Assembly: GCA_965637545.1 (NCBI GenBank)
Contig: OZ281494.1
Location: forward strand, 16,306,001 to 16,370,000
Length of the DNA stretch: 64,000 nt
Source of the DNA: Phallusia mammillata
Taxonomy: Eukaryota
Reading direction: 5' to 3'
Shown in pieces: positions 51,188 to 64,000 of the stretch. How positions within the stretch are numbered: position 1 is the stretch's first letter; each line of letters starts with the position of its first letter. The position numbers were made by a program, and so were the translations under genes. The notes beneath the pieces were generated by a model that saw only the letters and a program-made list of their open reading frames with translations, did no database searches and was not told the origin of the DNA.

Positions 51188-52569
51188 TTTAAAGAGCTCT
51201 TCTGGCAAATGTGATTTTATTCCGACGTTTCGACGTCTATACAGGTCGTCTTCATCAGGGTAAATAACACTGAATGCGACTAGTACAGTGCACGATAAAC
51301 AAAGGAAAAAAGGAATGGAACGCAAGTTTTTAACATTCAGGGGAAGCTTTTACCAGCAGGTTCAAGGCACAGCGATGGGTTCCCCGGTCTCCGTGGTTGT
51401 CGCAAACATGACAATGGAAGCGCTTGAGGAAAAAGCCTTATCAACATTTGCTAACCCACCAAGATTCTGGCGGCGATATGTTGACGACATTTTTTGTGTC
51501 ATTGCTAAGAACAAGGTTGAGGCATTTCTACGGCATCTCAACGAGGCGCAACCAGGCATTCAGTTTACCATGGAACTCCAATCGGTAAACTGTCTTCCAT
51601 TTTTAGACGTTCAAGTCACAAGAACCGATGACGGTGTCTTGTACTCGAGAGTGTACCACAAGCCAACGAGTACCGGCAGGTATCTCAATTTTCGATCTCA
51701 TCACCCCACATACCAGAAAAGAGGGGTGGTTTGTTCCCTAAAAGATCAGGCACGACGCTTGTGCACTCATAGCGACGACTGCGAGGCGGAACTGGCTAAG
51801 GTTCGCAAAGCCTTGAAATATAACGGCTACCCCAACTGGATTCTCCGTGATGGACGGGCAACGTGTCCCAAACAGGTGACCCATCCAAAAACAGAGGGTT
51901 TTTGTGACACTTCCGTACATACCGAAATTGACGGATATTCTACGGCGTATGTTGCATGACTTCGGCGTAGCGGTTGGCGTTCAACCTGCTAATACTCTCC
52001 GCAAGCTACTGAGTCACCCGAAAGATCCAATCGACACCCTTGGACAACGTGGTGTTGTATATTCTATTCCCTGCGCCGAGTGTCCGTTAATATATATCGG
52101 GGAGACTGGAAGGTCACACAACACCCGCCGAAAAGAAGAAGTCGGCCCTGTCCAATCACGCGGTATCACAAGGCCACCGCATTGATTTCAATGCGGCGTC
52201 TGTTGTGGGCCGGGAGCCTGACTACAGGAAAAGACTATTTCTTGAGTCATGGAATATTCACCAACGGGGCAACACAATGAAGTTTTGAACATCAAAACAG
52301 ACGTGATGCTTCCAGCGTGCTACAGGCACCTGCTTAAAGATTAGAGGGCCAATCATTTGTTATCGCGCGGTGTTTTTTTTTGTTGCGTTGTGACGTGCTT
52401 GCGTTCCATTCTTTTTTTCTTTGTTTATCGTGCACTGTACTAGTCGCATTCAGTGTTATTTACCCTGATGAAGACGACCTGTATAGGACGTCGAAACGTC
52501 GGAATAAAATCACATTTGCCAGAAGAGCTCTTTAAACTTGATACTATGCCTGGCAGCAATAGCTTATAT
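51188..52569 (+). mobile_element. Penelope-like element, duplicate of 10644-12020
   Basis: Same TSD GTACACATTTAAG and same truncation point; one extra G keeps the RT fragment open for 223 aa. Confidence 0.92.
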
Positions 52570-52884
52570 GTACACATTTAAGACAGATTAAAAAGGCAGA
52601 ACTTGTAAAATCATTAGAAGCTTTAAATGTAGCATAACTGACGTACCGGATCCTTAGATTTTTTCTGCCAACAAGACCGTAGATATTTTTTTCGCCTATT
52701 AATCATTGATTTCCAACAGATAAATAAACAGGTAGTGGCGAAAACAACTTTTACACTGGTAAGTCGCATTTCATCATTTGTGATGCAGCAGTTCGTGGTG
52801 GCCAGAAATCAAGTTTAGCAAAACTTTTTTTGTATTACATTGACCTGAACACGTTTCAAAAAGCCCAGACATTTATAAATTCTC

Positions 52885-55800
52885 TTAGTGGCATGGTGCT
52901 GTTTTCATGTATACAGTTCGCTTGATGTCGACAGTCTTATACCCATCATCTCCTGCATATATTAGTTGTGTAGAAACATTGATAAAAGCGTTTCCAAAAG
53001 CATAAATTTTGAAAACAAAAAACGTTATATCGTACAAAGTTGATCAACAAGTGACGTGATAAACAATGTAAAAACTTGACCTTACTAAAAAGCATTACTA
53101 CTTATTCCAGCATACCTTCGGTTTTATTGGTTAATGCCTGGGAACTGTTTTTCTTTTCGTTTCTGAAAAAACGTTTATTCGTAAGATTGGATACGCAGGA
53201 GATTTTTTTACGTGCAAGTTCAAATGCAAAGGTCGCCAGGCCTATTAAAGGCGTAATACCGAATCAAGCCGGTCTTCCAGGCATTGCCATATGGCAAGGA
53301 ACAGACTAGAAAAATACAGCCTGCGGTGGGATCCGAACCCACGACAGGAGTCGTTCCAGAAGTTGCGTTGTACCAACTGAGCAATACAGGCACCGTTGTC
53401 TTCTTGTATGCTGTCAGCTACGTGTCAGCTTCGTAGTAGCAAAGGTAATTAAAGTTTATAATAAAACCTGCAACAGATTACCTTTTCCAAAAGATAATTA
53501 CGCAGACGAGCACAATAATGAAAGCGATGGCACCTCCAGCAACACCTGCAATTATTCCGATAAAAGCTTGTGGTGTCAAATCTGTAATGACAGAATAAAT
53601 TGTGAGCATTTTAAAGAAGCAATAAACTTATTTCTATCACGTAGTTACTAGTTTCGTTTCCGTTTAAAGTTGTAGTTGTTGGGTGTTGTACAACGCAAGA
53701 ACCAATGTCAACAGGTCCGATAACACGTTCGCAATAAAACATGTACAACTAAAAACAAAATGCATGGTTTCAGTTACAAGACCCGGGGGTTATTAAAAAG
53801 TTTTATTGTTTCTACCTCAAAATTGTAAGTATAGGAGGCAATTTCAGCTAGATTAAGTACTGTAAATCCACTTGAAATGTTTTTGGTTGCTACAGTAATA
53901 TTTTCAACCACGCGTTTCAATCTTACCTAGAAAACACGTGATTCAACGGACAAAAATTATCTCAAAAAGACAGAATATTCCAAAAATCGTACATGCATCA
54001 GTAGAAACATTGGGTGTGTTTGGATTTTTAACAATTTTAGTTTTATTGCGATAGTTTTGTCGGTGAATCTAAACATATTTAGGGTTATGTTTTCACATAT
54101 GTTTTCATTCATCCGACAGGAACCTCGCACCAAATTCTAAAAAAACCTTTTAAGTAGAAATGTTTTCCTGTGCTCAATGAACATTGGGTTTTAAACAATA
54201 AATTTGTCAGTTCTTACACTTTCTTTCAGCCCATCGCATCACACATTATAAACTCACATTCAGTTTTCTTCTTCTATATAATAGTTCAACTTTAATTAAA
54301 AGGTTTTATTGATTTACTTCTAAAACTTACCTGGTAGCCCCTAACTCCTTCACGGTCATTTGAGGATGGAATGTAAATGATACATGGTGTTTGTTTAGCT
54401 ACTTTGGAACCGACAACAGAGGCAGACGAAAAGGTTTTCACTGTTGTTTGAGCAACAACTAAACGGAAATCAGCAAATCGCGTCGTGAGCTAACAAACGG
54501 ACTACAGTTAAACGGAGTATTTTTGTTGTCTTTTGTCATAAAAACATAAGGTTAGGCTACAAACATAAGCTGAAATATTAACATTATTTGGACAAATATT
54601 GTACTTTTTGAATATACCTGTATTTGGTATGTTATATCGTATTGTAAACCCTGTAAGGAAGCTGAACCTATTCCAAATGTTGAATTTATTTCTACCGTTT
54701 GATAACCATCTGTAACAGCTGCCACCTACGTAAATCAATAAATTTGTTAGTGAAAATGCAAGCAACGTTTTTGAAACAAAAATTTGACATGCACGAAAAT
54801 AAGACCTCCACTGGTGTATTGCTCTGTTGCATTAACGGAACATACTTGGTTGACCAATTTACTCGAATGGTGTCAGGGTTACAAGTGGAAGGCTGGCCAT
54901 CAATCGAAACTGAAAAGAATTGTTTCAAGTCAACCACCAACGCCATAACAAGAACATACGTTTTTTCACATAATGACATTTCAACATTATTCTGGTATCG
55001 CACTTTGACATAACTTACATTGATACTGACAGGCGTAATACCCGTATACACCAGTACACTGTTTTGCGGTGTCCATCCATGTATGCTCATACTGCATTGC
55101 GTTCTGGATGCAATTCGCAGAACCAAGATGGGTTGCTGCATTGGTTTCTACAAACACTCTAAAAACTAAAATAAAATCACGTGTTATATTATTTTAAACA
55201 GTTCTGTTAAACTAAAACATCCGTTGATTAAGACCTTGTGAATTTAGTTTTATCTTACCAGGTAAGAACAAAGATTCCCATCTTCTATGGTACGGCATAA
55301 AATTGTTGTCTGTGCTTTTCAACACCGAAGAATAATCGTTTGCTCGGTAATTAAAAACTTCCATAAATTTTTTAACATCTCTCCCGTTTCCGCCATATAA
55401 AAGAAATGCTTGCATCCAGCCTGGCGCAGAATTTCTTTGTTACAATGATTGGTAAAATTGCAAAATAGACTCACCTTTTAAAAAATAGACTCACCTTTTT
55501 CATCATTGCATGTTGTTTCTGATGTTATCCACCACCTTTTATTTTGTACATCGTCTTTAGTTTTGCAAAATCTTACAGGTTTTAATCCATCATTATTTCT
55601 GTAACAATGGTAGCATGTTATGATGTCTGTGGTAATTTTACAATTAATTGCTTACGTTTTATACAAATGAATAACTTTTGTGTAATTCTGGGGTTGCGTG
55701 GTAAAATACCCCAGTTTTGCTCCACCAATGTTTGATATCCATACTTTCTGTACATCTTCAAATAAACAAAATCAATCTACTTATTTCTTGCGAAAAAACC

Positions 55801-56125
55801 CTGATTTCAATTATTTCAGCGTTTACACCAACCTCCTAAATATACTTCAGTCGAAGTGCTAACAAGTTTGTCACGAACGATTGGATTGGAAATGTTAGCG
55901 ATTCGACCTCCATTTCCAGCACATATTAATTTTGCTGTGTTACCATCAAAAACTTCACTTGACAAACGAAACACTTCATTTTCTACACCGAACACTGACT
56001 TACAAGTTTCTGGTGAAACAAATAATTAGTTTACTTATTTGCTTAAATAAAACTTAATTTAAATTTTATATACCTTGAGCATTAGCCCCATAAATTAACA
56101 TTAACAAAAGCAGAGAGATTTGCAT
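52885..56125 (-). CDS. Gene D2: CTL-CTL-FN3-FN3-TM receptor with short hemITAM-like tail
   Basis: Near-identical to D1, but the TM exon ends in phase (IIFWKR). Tail RNEKKNSSQALTNKTEGDDGYKTVDIKRTVYMKTAPCH*. Confidence 0.85.
53215..53390 (-). mobile_element. tRNA-derived SINE (duplicate of 12665-12840)
   Basis: Identical tRNA-like head at 53320-53390. Confidence 0.7.
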
Positions 56126-57493
56126 TGCACCTGTTTCGTTTTGTTCGAAATCTATCGCCTTAGACTCTTACCTATACACATAACAAGGAAATGTGGTTGT
56201 AAAGAGTTTTCGGCTAGACCGTAAAGCCTTAATAACTTTGATTGTTTAGTGCTGCTGCATGCGTCACATTTTGCAACTTTCTCTGTACATGCTATTTCGA
56301 AGGCATTAGTTGCCTCGCGTCATCGAACAACAAATCATTATTTTTTGTGCGTCACTTTCATAGACGCGAACGAAAGGGGAATGGACAAAGTTCGCACCTT
56401 TTTCATTGCCCTTTTACTCTTTAAGAAACCTTTTCATCTTAAACCTATAACATTACATTTGTAACCGGGAAGAACAGGCATAACGAATACTCAGGACTGA
56501 GACGTCAAACGTTGGTCCTGGAAAGTTATATCACACGCTTGATGGTAACTTGGAACAAAGACGACCACTCTTAGTGACGAACTGTGTTATATGAAAGCGA
56601 TAAAAAGCACATGGGCTCATCAAATGGGTTTTGCGAAACTTTTACATTACAACTGTAAAACCTTGTTTCTGTATTGCGGTAACCCCCGATTTGGCCCCAC
56701 AGGTAAAAAATCTCTTTCTTAAAATAGTGTTTTTCAACTTTTGCGTCACAACCTCCAAGGCAAATTGCATTATCCGCAAGTGTATTTTTGTTTCAACTAC
56801 TTTTTATCAGTATTTTTGACTTAGCCTACAACGGATTTTAAGAGAAAAAATGCCACTTAATGTGCCTTTGCTAGAAAAACCTCTTTTTTTACACCCGTGT
56901 TTTTTAAATATGTTTAAGTGCAATAAATAAAATTTTGTCAAACGGTAAATGCGTGGGAGGCTTTATGTGTTTGCTTTAACTGACCGAATAGTGTGTTTGA
57001 AGGATGTTTTTGGTTAAAATTATAAAAATATTCACCAAAAGATTTCAGCATTTTTTTTTTCAATTTTCTATGGTAAGTTTTTAAAATGATGTGGTATACA
57101 GTCAACATTGTATAGACATAGTTCTCTGTTTAGAATAACTTTACAGTTACAGTTTTATAATTCTATTACTTTAAGAAGTCTTTCTTCTAGTAGTAATTCG
57201 CTATATGATAAACGCCAGGAACAAAAAAAAAAAAAACTGTAATAACACCAACAAATGATCAGAATTTCTTACTGCAGAATGGGAATTGGCCAAAAACGAG
57301 CCTTGTGATTCAATTAAACCTTCTACAACGTTTCCTACATGCTCTTTCGAAGGCATTAGTTGCCCCGCGTCATCGAACAACAAATCATTATTATACGGTG
57401 CGTCACTTTCATAGACGCAAACGAACGATAGAAGTGGCAAAGTTTGTACCTGTCTTCATTGCTCTTACTGTTCAGAAACCTTAAACCTATAAC

Positions 57494-57874
57494 CAGGGTT
57501 ACCATCGACACGGAGCCGAAAATAAGGACAAGGGAAAAATTAAGTTTCCGTTCGAAATGAAACAAACGTTTTCGTATAAATCTTCACATTTAAACGAGCC
57601 ATGGCATGTCACATGCGATATTTTTTGCCAAAAACAATCTGTTCCGAAAATCCTTGTTCGTAGAAAATAATTTGTGCGTCTCACGAGAGCCCAGGTCTAG
57701 GTTTACTTTAACTTATAGCAGCGATTTGACATGTAATTGTTAAAAATAAGACAAAATAAGGACATAAGTCAAAAAGAAGGACATTTCTTATAAATAAGGC
57801 CAATACATTTTTCTAAGGCATTGCCCTTCAAAATAAGGACAAATCTTAGAAATAAGGACGGTATGGCAACCCTG
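57494..57874. mobile_element. hAT-type MITE (duplicate of 16935-17315)
   Basis: Same TIR and CCTATAAC TSD. Confidence 0.85.
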
Positions 57875-58647
57875 CCTATAACATTATTTGCAACCAGGAA
57901 AAACCGGCATAAAGAATGCTCAAAACTCGGCTGGATCGAAACGTCAAGCGTTCGAACGATCGCCCTGGAAAGTTTCATCACACGCTTGATGGTAACTTGG
58001 AATAAAGCCAACCACTGTTAGTGACAAATTCAAGATTAAGGAACCTAACTCAGCAGTGAAGAAATTGTCTCTGATGAATAAATGGCTGCGTAACATGAAA
58101 GCGATAAAAAACACACCAACGCAAAATAAGTCGGGATTATAAAGTACATTTTGCGAAACAGTTACATTACAGCTGCAAAAATCTTGTTTTTGTATTGCGG
58201 TTACACCGGTTTTTGTCACACAGGCAAAAATCTCTCTCTTAAAATAATGTTTTTCATCTTTTGCGTCACAACCTCAAAGGCAAATTGCATAATCTGCAAA
58301 TGTGTTTTTTTTGTTTCAAACACTTTTTATCAGTATTTTTGACGGATTTTAGGAGAAAACAAAGTGCCAATTAATGTGCTTTTTGCTGGAAAACCCTTTT
58401 TACGCCCGCTTTTTTGAATATGAATTTCTTACTGCAGAAAGGGATATATTTAGTGCAAGCAGTTATGATTCCACATTGGCCAAAATCCAGCTTTATGATT
58501 CAACTGCTGCGAATCAAATTAAATACACTTTTTACGACCATAAAGTAATGTGGCTTCTGTTGTGCTGAGTTTTAGTGTTTGTGTTGGAGTTAGTAAGTTG
58601 TTGCCATGAAGTGAAAAAGCTCAAGACTTTATTCCAATAGGTTAAGC

Positions 58648-59433
58648 CAGTGGTTCTCAAACTGTGCGTCGCGACGCCCTGGTGCGTCGTTTCAATTTTC
58701 CAAGGGCGTCGCAGAATATTTCCGTTTCGTGGCTGAACTCAGTTAATCTCATAAAAATGAGGTTTCAGTGTGGTTGACGTTCATCTACGTCCAAATAATT
58801 TTTGCGTAGAGTGCGGATTGACGTAAATTTACCCCAAAGGTTTTGATCAAAGATGCGGCTGTCCGTTAATGTACGTCGAGACCAAACAGTACAAGCAGCA
58901 AGTGCGTGATAGGCGCGTGTCTGGGGCGACGCTTGGCGGGCATTAAACTTGATTATGTGAACGGAGTCTCGCTTCTTAACAATGTAACAAAGACGACTTT
59001 TGTAGCAAAGGCTTGAGGTAGTTATAACGTATAATTGTTAGCAAAGTTTAAAGTAATTATTGTGCATGAGTTGCAGCAGTAAATTTTTGTGCATCAGTTT
59101 ATATTGTGCGTAGGTTGAAACATTACTTTCAATGTAATTCGTTATTGATGCTGTTAAAGCCTTGTAGCAGACAAGACAATGCAATTGTGCACAATAATTG
59201 AAACAATTAACAAAAGCCCGCACGTGATTGCCGGGTGCACTGAAAGTGTTGAGTGCAGTTTTATAACTTTGTCGAAAAACAGTTTGGCTAAAATTGTTCT
59301 CTAAGTGCTGTTTAATAGATTTAAATTAACTGTTTATTGATATGTTTCCTCATTAACTTTTATTTGATGGTGCGTCGGAAGTCCAGAAAACTTTTCCAGA
59401 GGCGTCGCAACAAAAAAAGTTTGAGAACCACTG
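58648..59433. mobile_element. hAT-type MITE (duplicate of 18090-18876)
   Basis: Same TIR; perfect GGTTAAGC TSD. Confidence 0.85.
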
Positions 59434-60326
59434 GGTTAAGCATTTTCAGATGTGCCTTGCTTACGATCGCGTGCCAGCTCAAGCCATGACTAATCAGTTT
59501 CCTTCTCTGCCTTACCTGAGGTTTCCAGTCAGTGACGCATAGAGCTATTCAGGGTTATCAGCAGGTCACCCAGTGCAAAGTTTTATTTACAAGTGTTTTT
59601 GCACTTTATCAACATCAAGTGGTATTTTTTTAAATCGCTGCAACATGTGTATTTAAACTTTTGGAATAGTGGTTTCCAATCGATTTGTATAGTCACCCTT
59701 TTTATATCTTCTTAATCTGCGGACCCCCAACGTAATTTTTTTACGTTTCTTGAATTATACGTTATTACGCTTTTGAAGCATTTTAATCCACTCGCACAGT
59801 ACTTTAATTTCAATTTTTAATTTTCTGTACAGTGACAGTCAACGCAACAAAGCGATTACATACATATCAATGCTATAAATATGCAAATATGATAATTTAC
59901 TTTACATTTAAACATTAGTTAACAATTAGATAGTGGAAAACGTGATTAAAATGATATACTGCCATTCAATTAGGCAAGTATTAAACAGTAATTTGTGAAA
60001 ACATGAAAAAAACATGAGATGCCTCAGTTCATTCTGTGGTTAATGCGTGAATCACTAAAATGCAAATATTAGTGTGTTAAGTTGAAGAGAAGAGCTGACA
60101 TGTCTCTACTAATATATCATTTTAAACATAGATAAAAAATTAAGTGTACCCTAGATATACTATCTAATCTAAGAGCACAATCGGATAGCATTTTGACAAA
60201 AATTTTTGATCATTTAAAAAAATGATAAATCTTATTCGTATCAGCCCTAGGTTCAATATTCGCAAACATTTTTGGTGCAGCATTTTGTGGTGGCCAAAAA
60301 TAAAGTTTGGCAATGGTTGGCATTCT

Positions 60327-63300
60327 TCATAAAGTGAGGTTTTCGTAAGCTGATACTTTTTTCGGATCTTCGTAGTGATGAACAGTGTCTGCAATGTTTT
60401 AAAATATACGTATTGCATTCACTGATCCGATTACTTTTAAAAAGTTTAAAGATTTTGTTATTACCTTCGTGGCATGGTGCTGTGTTAATGTACACAGGTT
60501 CCCTAATGTCTACAGTCTCATACCCACCATCTCCTGCATATAAAGTTGTGTAAACACAGTTTTAAATGCAATTTTAGAACAAAACACTTTTTAAAAACAG
60601 AAAAAGTGGAATTGTGTCAGAAAATGGTGTAAAAAGCGAATACAAAGAATACAAAAAACCTTCACCTAAAAGCATCACTACTTATTCCGTACCTTCTGTA
60701 TTGTAAGTAGCTGCCTGAGAACTGTTTTTCTTTCTGTTTCTGAAAAAATGTTTATCAATTTATTGTAAGATTGGATATGCAGTACATTGTTTTTCGTGCA
60801 AGTATTTATATTTATATTTTAACCTAAATATATTACCTTTTCCAAAAGATGATTACACAGACCAGCACAAGAATAAGAGCGATGGCACCTCCAGCTACAC
60901 CTGCGATTATTCCGATGGGTGCTTCCCCGTTTTCTTGCGATATTAATTCTGATTATAAATATATTGTGGGCGTTTTCAAGATCCAAAAACCGTAGAAACT
61001 ATTCAGTTACCACACTTTCTTTTACTTTGATTTGTTGTCGTAGTTTGAACAGTTGTTGGGTGACGTACAACACAAAAACCAATTTCAACAGGACCTATAG
61101 TTCGCGTGCAATGTATCACGTACAGCTAAAGCCAAATGCAGATTTAGTTACAAAACCTGTAAATAGGAAGTTTATATGTTTACCTGAAATGTGTAGGTGT
61201 AGGGTACAAGTCCAGTCAAACTAAGTACTGTGTGTCCACTTGAAACATTTTGTGTTGTTATAGTATCATTTTCACCAATACGATTGAATCTCACCTAGAT
61301 AATTCGAGATTAGTGTTGTAGGACTGCAGGAGAAAAAAACTTTTAGCTTGAAAAAAATAACAACTTTGTGTCGACCATTTGTGACCACTTTTTGAAACCC
61401 GATATTTCCTTGCAGAAAAAAATGCTTTCTGCAATCTTTCAAAAACATTTATGTAGTACACATACGGTTGGTTTTACTTAAACAATTATAATAAAATGCA
61501 TTGCGAATGTATCAAATCTCAAAATATTCTTGAAGGTATACGACGACATACCTGGTAACCGTTGACTCCTTTACGATTATTTAATGATGGAATGTAAAGG
61601 GTACATGGTGTTTGTTTTGTTATATTGGCACCGATCACCGATACAGGCGAAGAGGTTTCCACTGTCGTTTGGGCAACAACTGTTTCGCATCCTGCAACTC
61701 GCGTCGTGAGCTATCGTAAACAAATAACAAGTAAAAATATATTGTATACAAGTTCTGTTAAAAATTGGTTAAAATATTTACACCACTTTAATTTGAAGAT
61801 ATATAATTTTTTGAAGATATACTGTATACCTCAATTCGGTAAATTGTGTTGTATTGTAATCCTCCGATTGAAGTTGAACCCGTCTCAAATAATGTATTCG
61901 TTACAGTCGAGTGATTGGTTGAGACAGCTTTCACCTGTAAGTAAAACAATTGATAAAAAAGCAGAAAAACTAGTTTCAAAGAATAAAATTTAGGAACTGT
62001 GGACAAATAATTTACCTGCACTGGTGTATTGCTTTGTTGTTTTAGCGGAACATAGTTGGTTGTCCAGTTTACTCGAATGGTGTCAGGGTTGCAAGTAGAA
62101 GGGCGGGCGTTTACTGTAACTAAAAGCAAGCAAATTTAATAAAAGAACGCTCGAAGTTTGAAAAACTTATCTGTTGAGCAACTTATATGAAAGAAACGGC
62201 AAGCACTGTCTTCAGCAGCTTTTTTTTCGATAACTACTAATTGAGTAAACAATATTAGGAACTGAGGATACGTAAAACAAATTAGCTAACTGTAACTTAC
62301 AACCATCGATTATATATTATTATACGTCTTGCAAACAAACACCAGACAGAAGATTGTTTCGGGGATTCGCAAGAAAAGGGTTTAAGACCACTGTATCACA
62401 GCGTAGGGAAGTATTATCTTTAGTATCATGGTTCATTGTAACTTACATTCTAACTGACACGCATAATACCCATATACACCAGCACACTTCTTTGAGGTAT
62501 CTACCCAAGCTTGTTTATATTGCAGTGCGCTTTGCATGCAATCCGCTGAATCAGGCTGTGTTGCTTGATAAGTTTCCACAAAAACTCTAAAAACTGAAGA
62601 AAAAAACAATTATTTTATTTTAGATGTTTTAAATTTATTACTAAAGAGTTTCAACAAAACAATTGTGAGTTGTATTCACAATAACGCTAAGATCTTTTCT
62701 ACTCTTGAACTTACCAGGTAAGAACAAAGATTCCCATCTTATATAATACGGCATCGAATTGTTGTCTGTGCTTTTCAACATCGAAGAATGATCGTTTGCT
62801 CGGTAATTAAAAACTTCCTTAAATTTTGTTACATCATTCCCTGTTCCACCATACAAAGCAAATCCCTGAGACCATCCTGGTGCAGAAAATTTTTGTTGCA
62901 AAAATAGGCGGTTTTCAAAACGTGTTATAATTCACCTCCTTCATCATTGCAATTTGTTTTTGATGTTATCCACCACCTTTTATTTTGTATGTGGTCCTGT
63001 ATTCTGCAAAATTTTACCGGCTTCAATCCCGTACCACTTCTGTAACAATGGTAACTTGTTATGATGTCTGTAGTAATTTTAACTTAATGCTTACGTTTTA
63101 TACAAATGAATAACTTTTGTAAAGTTCTGGGGTTGCGTGGTAAAATACCCCAGTTTTGCTCCACCAATGTTTGATATCCATACATTCTGTACATCTACAA
63201 ATAATCATGAAATAATATGATTCTACAAATAATACAAATAAAACAATTTACGCCTTGTTTGTTAAGGGCGACAGAACAACCTGATTTCAACTATTTAAGC

Positions 63301-63604
63301 GTCTACACCAACCTCCTAAATACATTTTAGTTGCAGTGCTGATGAGGCTTTCACGAACGGTTGGATTGGAAATATTGGCAATTCGACCTCCTTTTTCAGC
63401 ACATCTTAATTTTGCTGTGTTTCCATCGACAACTTCTGTTGACAATTTGAACACATGATTTCCAACACTGAACCCGGAGTTGCACGTTTCTGGTGAAGCA
63501 AATGATTAGTTTACTTATTTTCTTAATAAAACCTAATTTAAGTTTGATATACCTTGAGCATGTGCCCCATAACCTATCATTAACAAAAGCAGAAGGATTT
63601 CCGT
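60327..63604 (-). CDS. Gene C2: ITIM-tail receptor with different 5' exons from C1 and ACG at the expected start position
   Basis: Exons 6 to last are near-identical to C1. Exon 1 (63553-63604, 52 nt, D-type length) reads ACG-EILLLLLMIGYGAHAQ. Exon 2 starts ETCNSGFSVGNHVFKLSTE. Confidence 0.78.
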
Positions 63605-64000
63605 TGTACCAGTTCTGTAAGCAACTTAGCACCTAAGCCTCTTATCCATATTCATAACAAGGAAATGCAGTTCTAAATGATGCTGAAAATTTTGGCAGCC
63701 TCACTTATTCTTTAGTGCTACTACATGCGTCACCTTTGGGAAAGTATTGTTTCTCCTTCACGGAAGCATCGGTTTCACGACGTCATTAAATGATGAATCA
63801 TTAAAATGTGGTGCGCCACTTTCATAAGAGTAGTGGCAACTTTTATCATAACACTTACTGTTTAAGAAACCTTTTATCTGATCCTCATACCGTTACAAGG
63901 AAAATAGGCATAAGGAATGCTCAAGATTTCGGCTGGGCTGCGACTTCAAACTTACTTTCGCCCCCTTCTGGAAAGTTTTAGCACATGCTTGATGGCAATT

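Larger units (their letters stand above)
34428..63300. repeat. Second unit of a large tandem segmental duplication (first unit about 1-23000)
   Basis: Collinear genes and shared TE insertions with the same TSDs. The second unit is longer because of a LINE, a SINE and two hAT insertions. Confidence 0.88.

Overview
AT-rich eukaryotic DNA with many 45-70 nt GT-AG introns, tunicate/ascidian-like (the taxon is an inference). The window is a head-to-tail, minus-strand cluster of type I membrane receptor genes, reconstructed exon by exon from splice sites and intron phase. All share one ectodomain (signal peptide, two C-type lectin-like units, two FN3 domains, TM) but end in different cytoplasmic modules. 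Genes A and B end in a tandem protein tyrosine phosphatase: B is complete (30 exons, 1088 aa by my count, intact [10 protein letters not shown] in the first PTP domain), while the catalytic part of A lies outside the window. Genes C1 and C2 have a short tail ending in an ITIM-consensus SAYENL. Genes D1, D2 and E have short tails with a hemITAM-like DDGYxxV and no ITIM. A secreted collectin-like gene sits next to each PTP gene. The order PTP, collectin, Penelope, D, C occurs twice (about 1-23 kb and 34.4-63.6 kb) with very uneven divergence and signs of exon swapping. Also present: Penelope-like elements with hammerhead ribozymes, a decayed Tx1/L1-type LINE, tRNA-derived SINEs and several hAT and Tc1-like MITEs. 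Most short ORFs in the supplied track are single exons, antisense shadows or noise.
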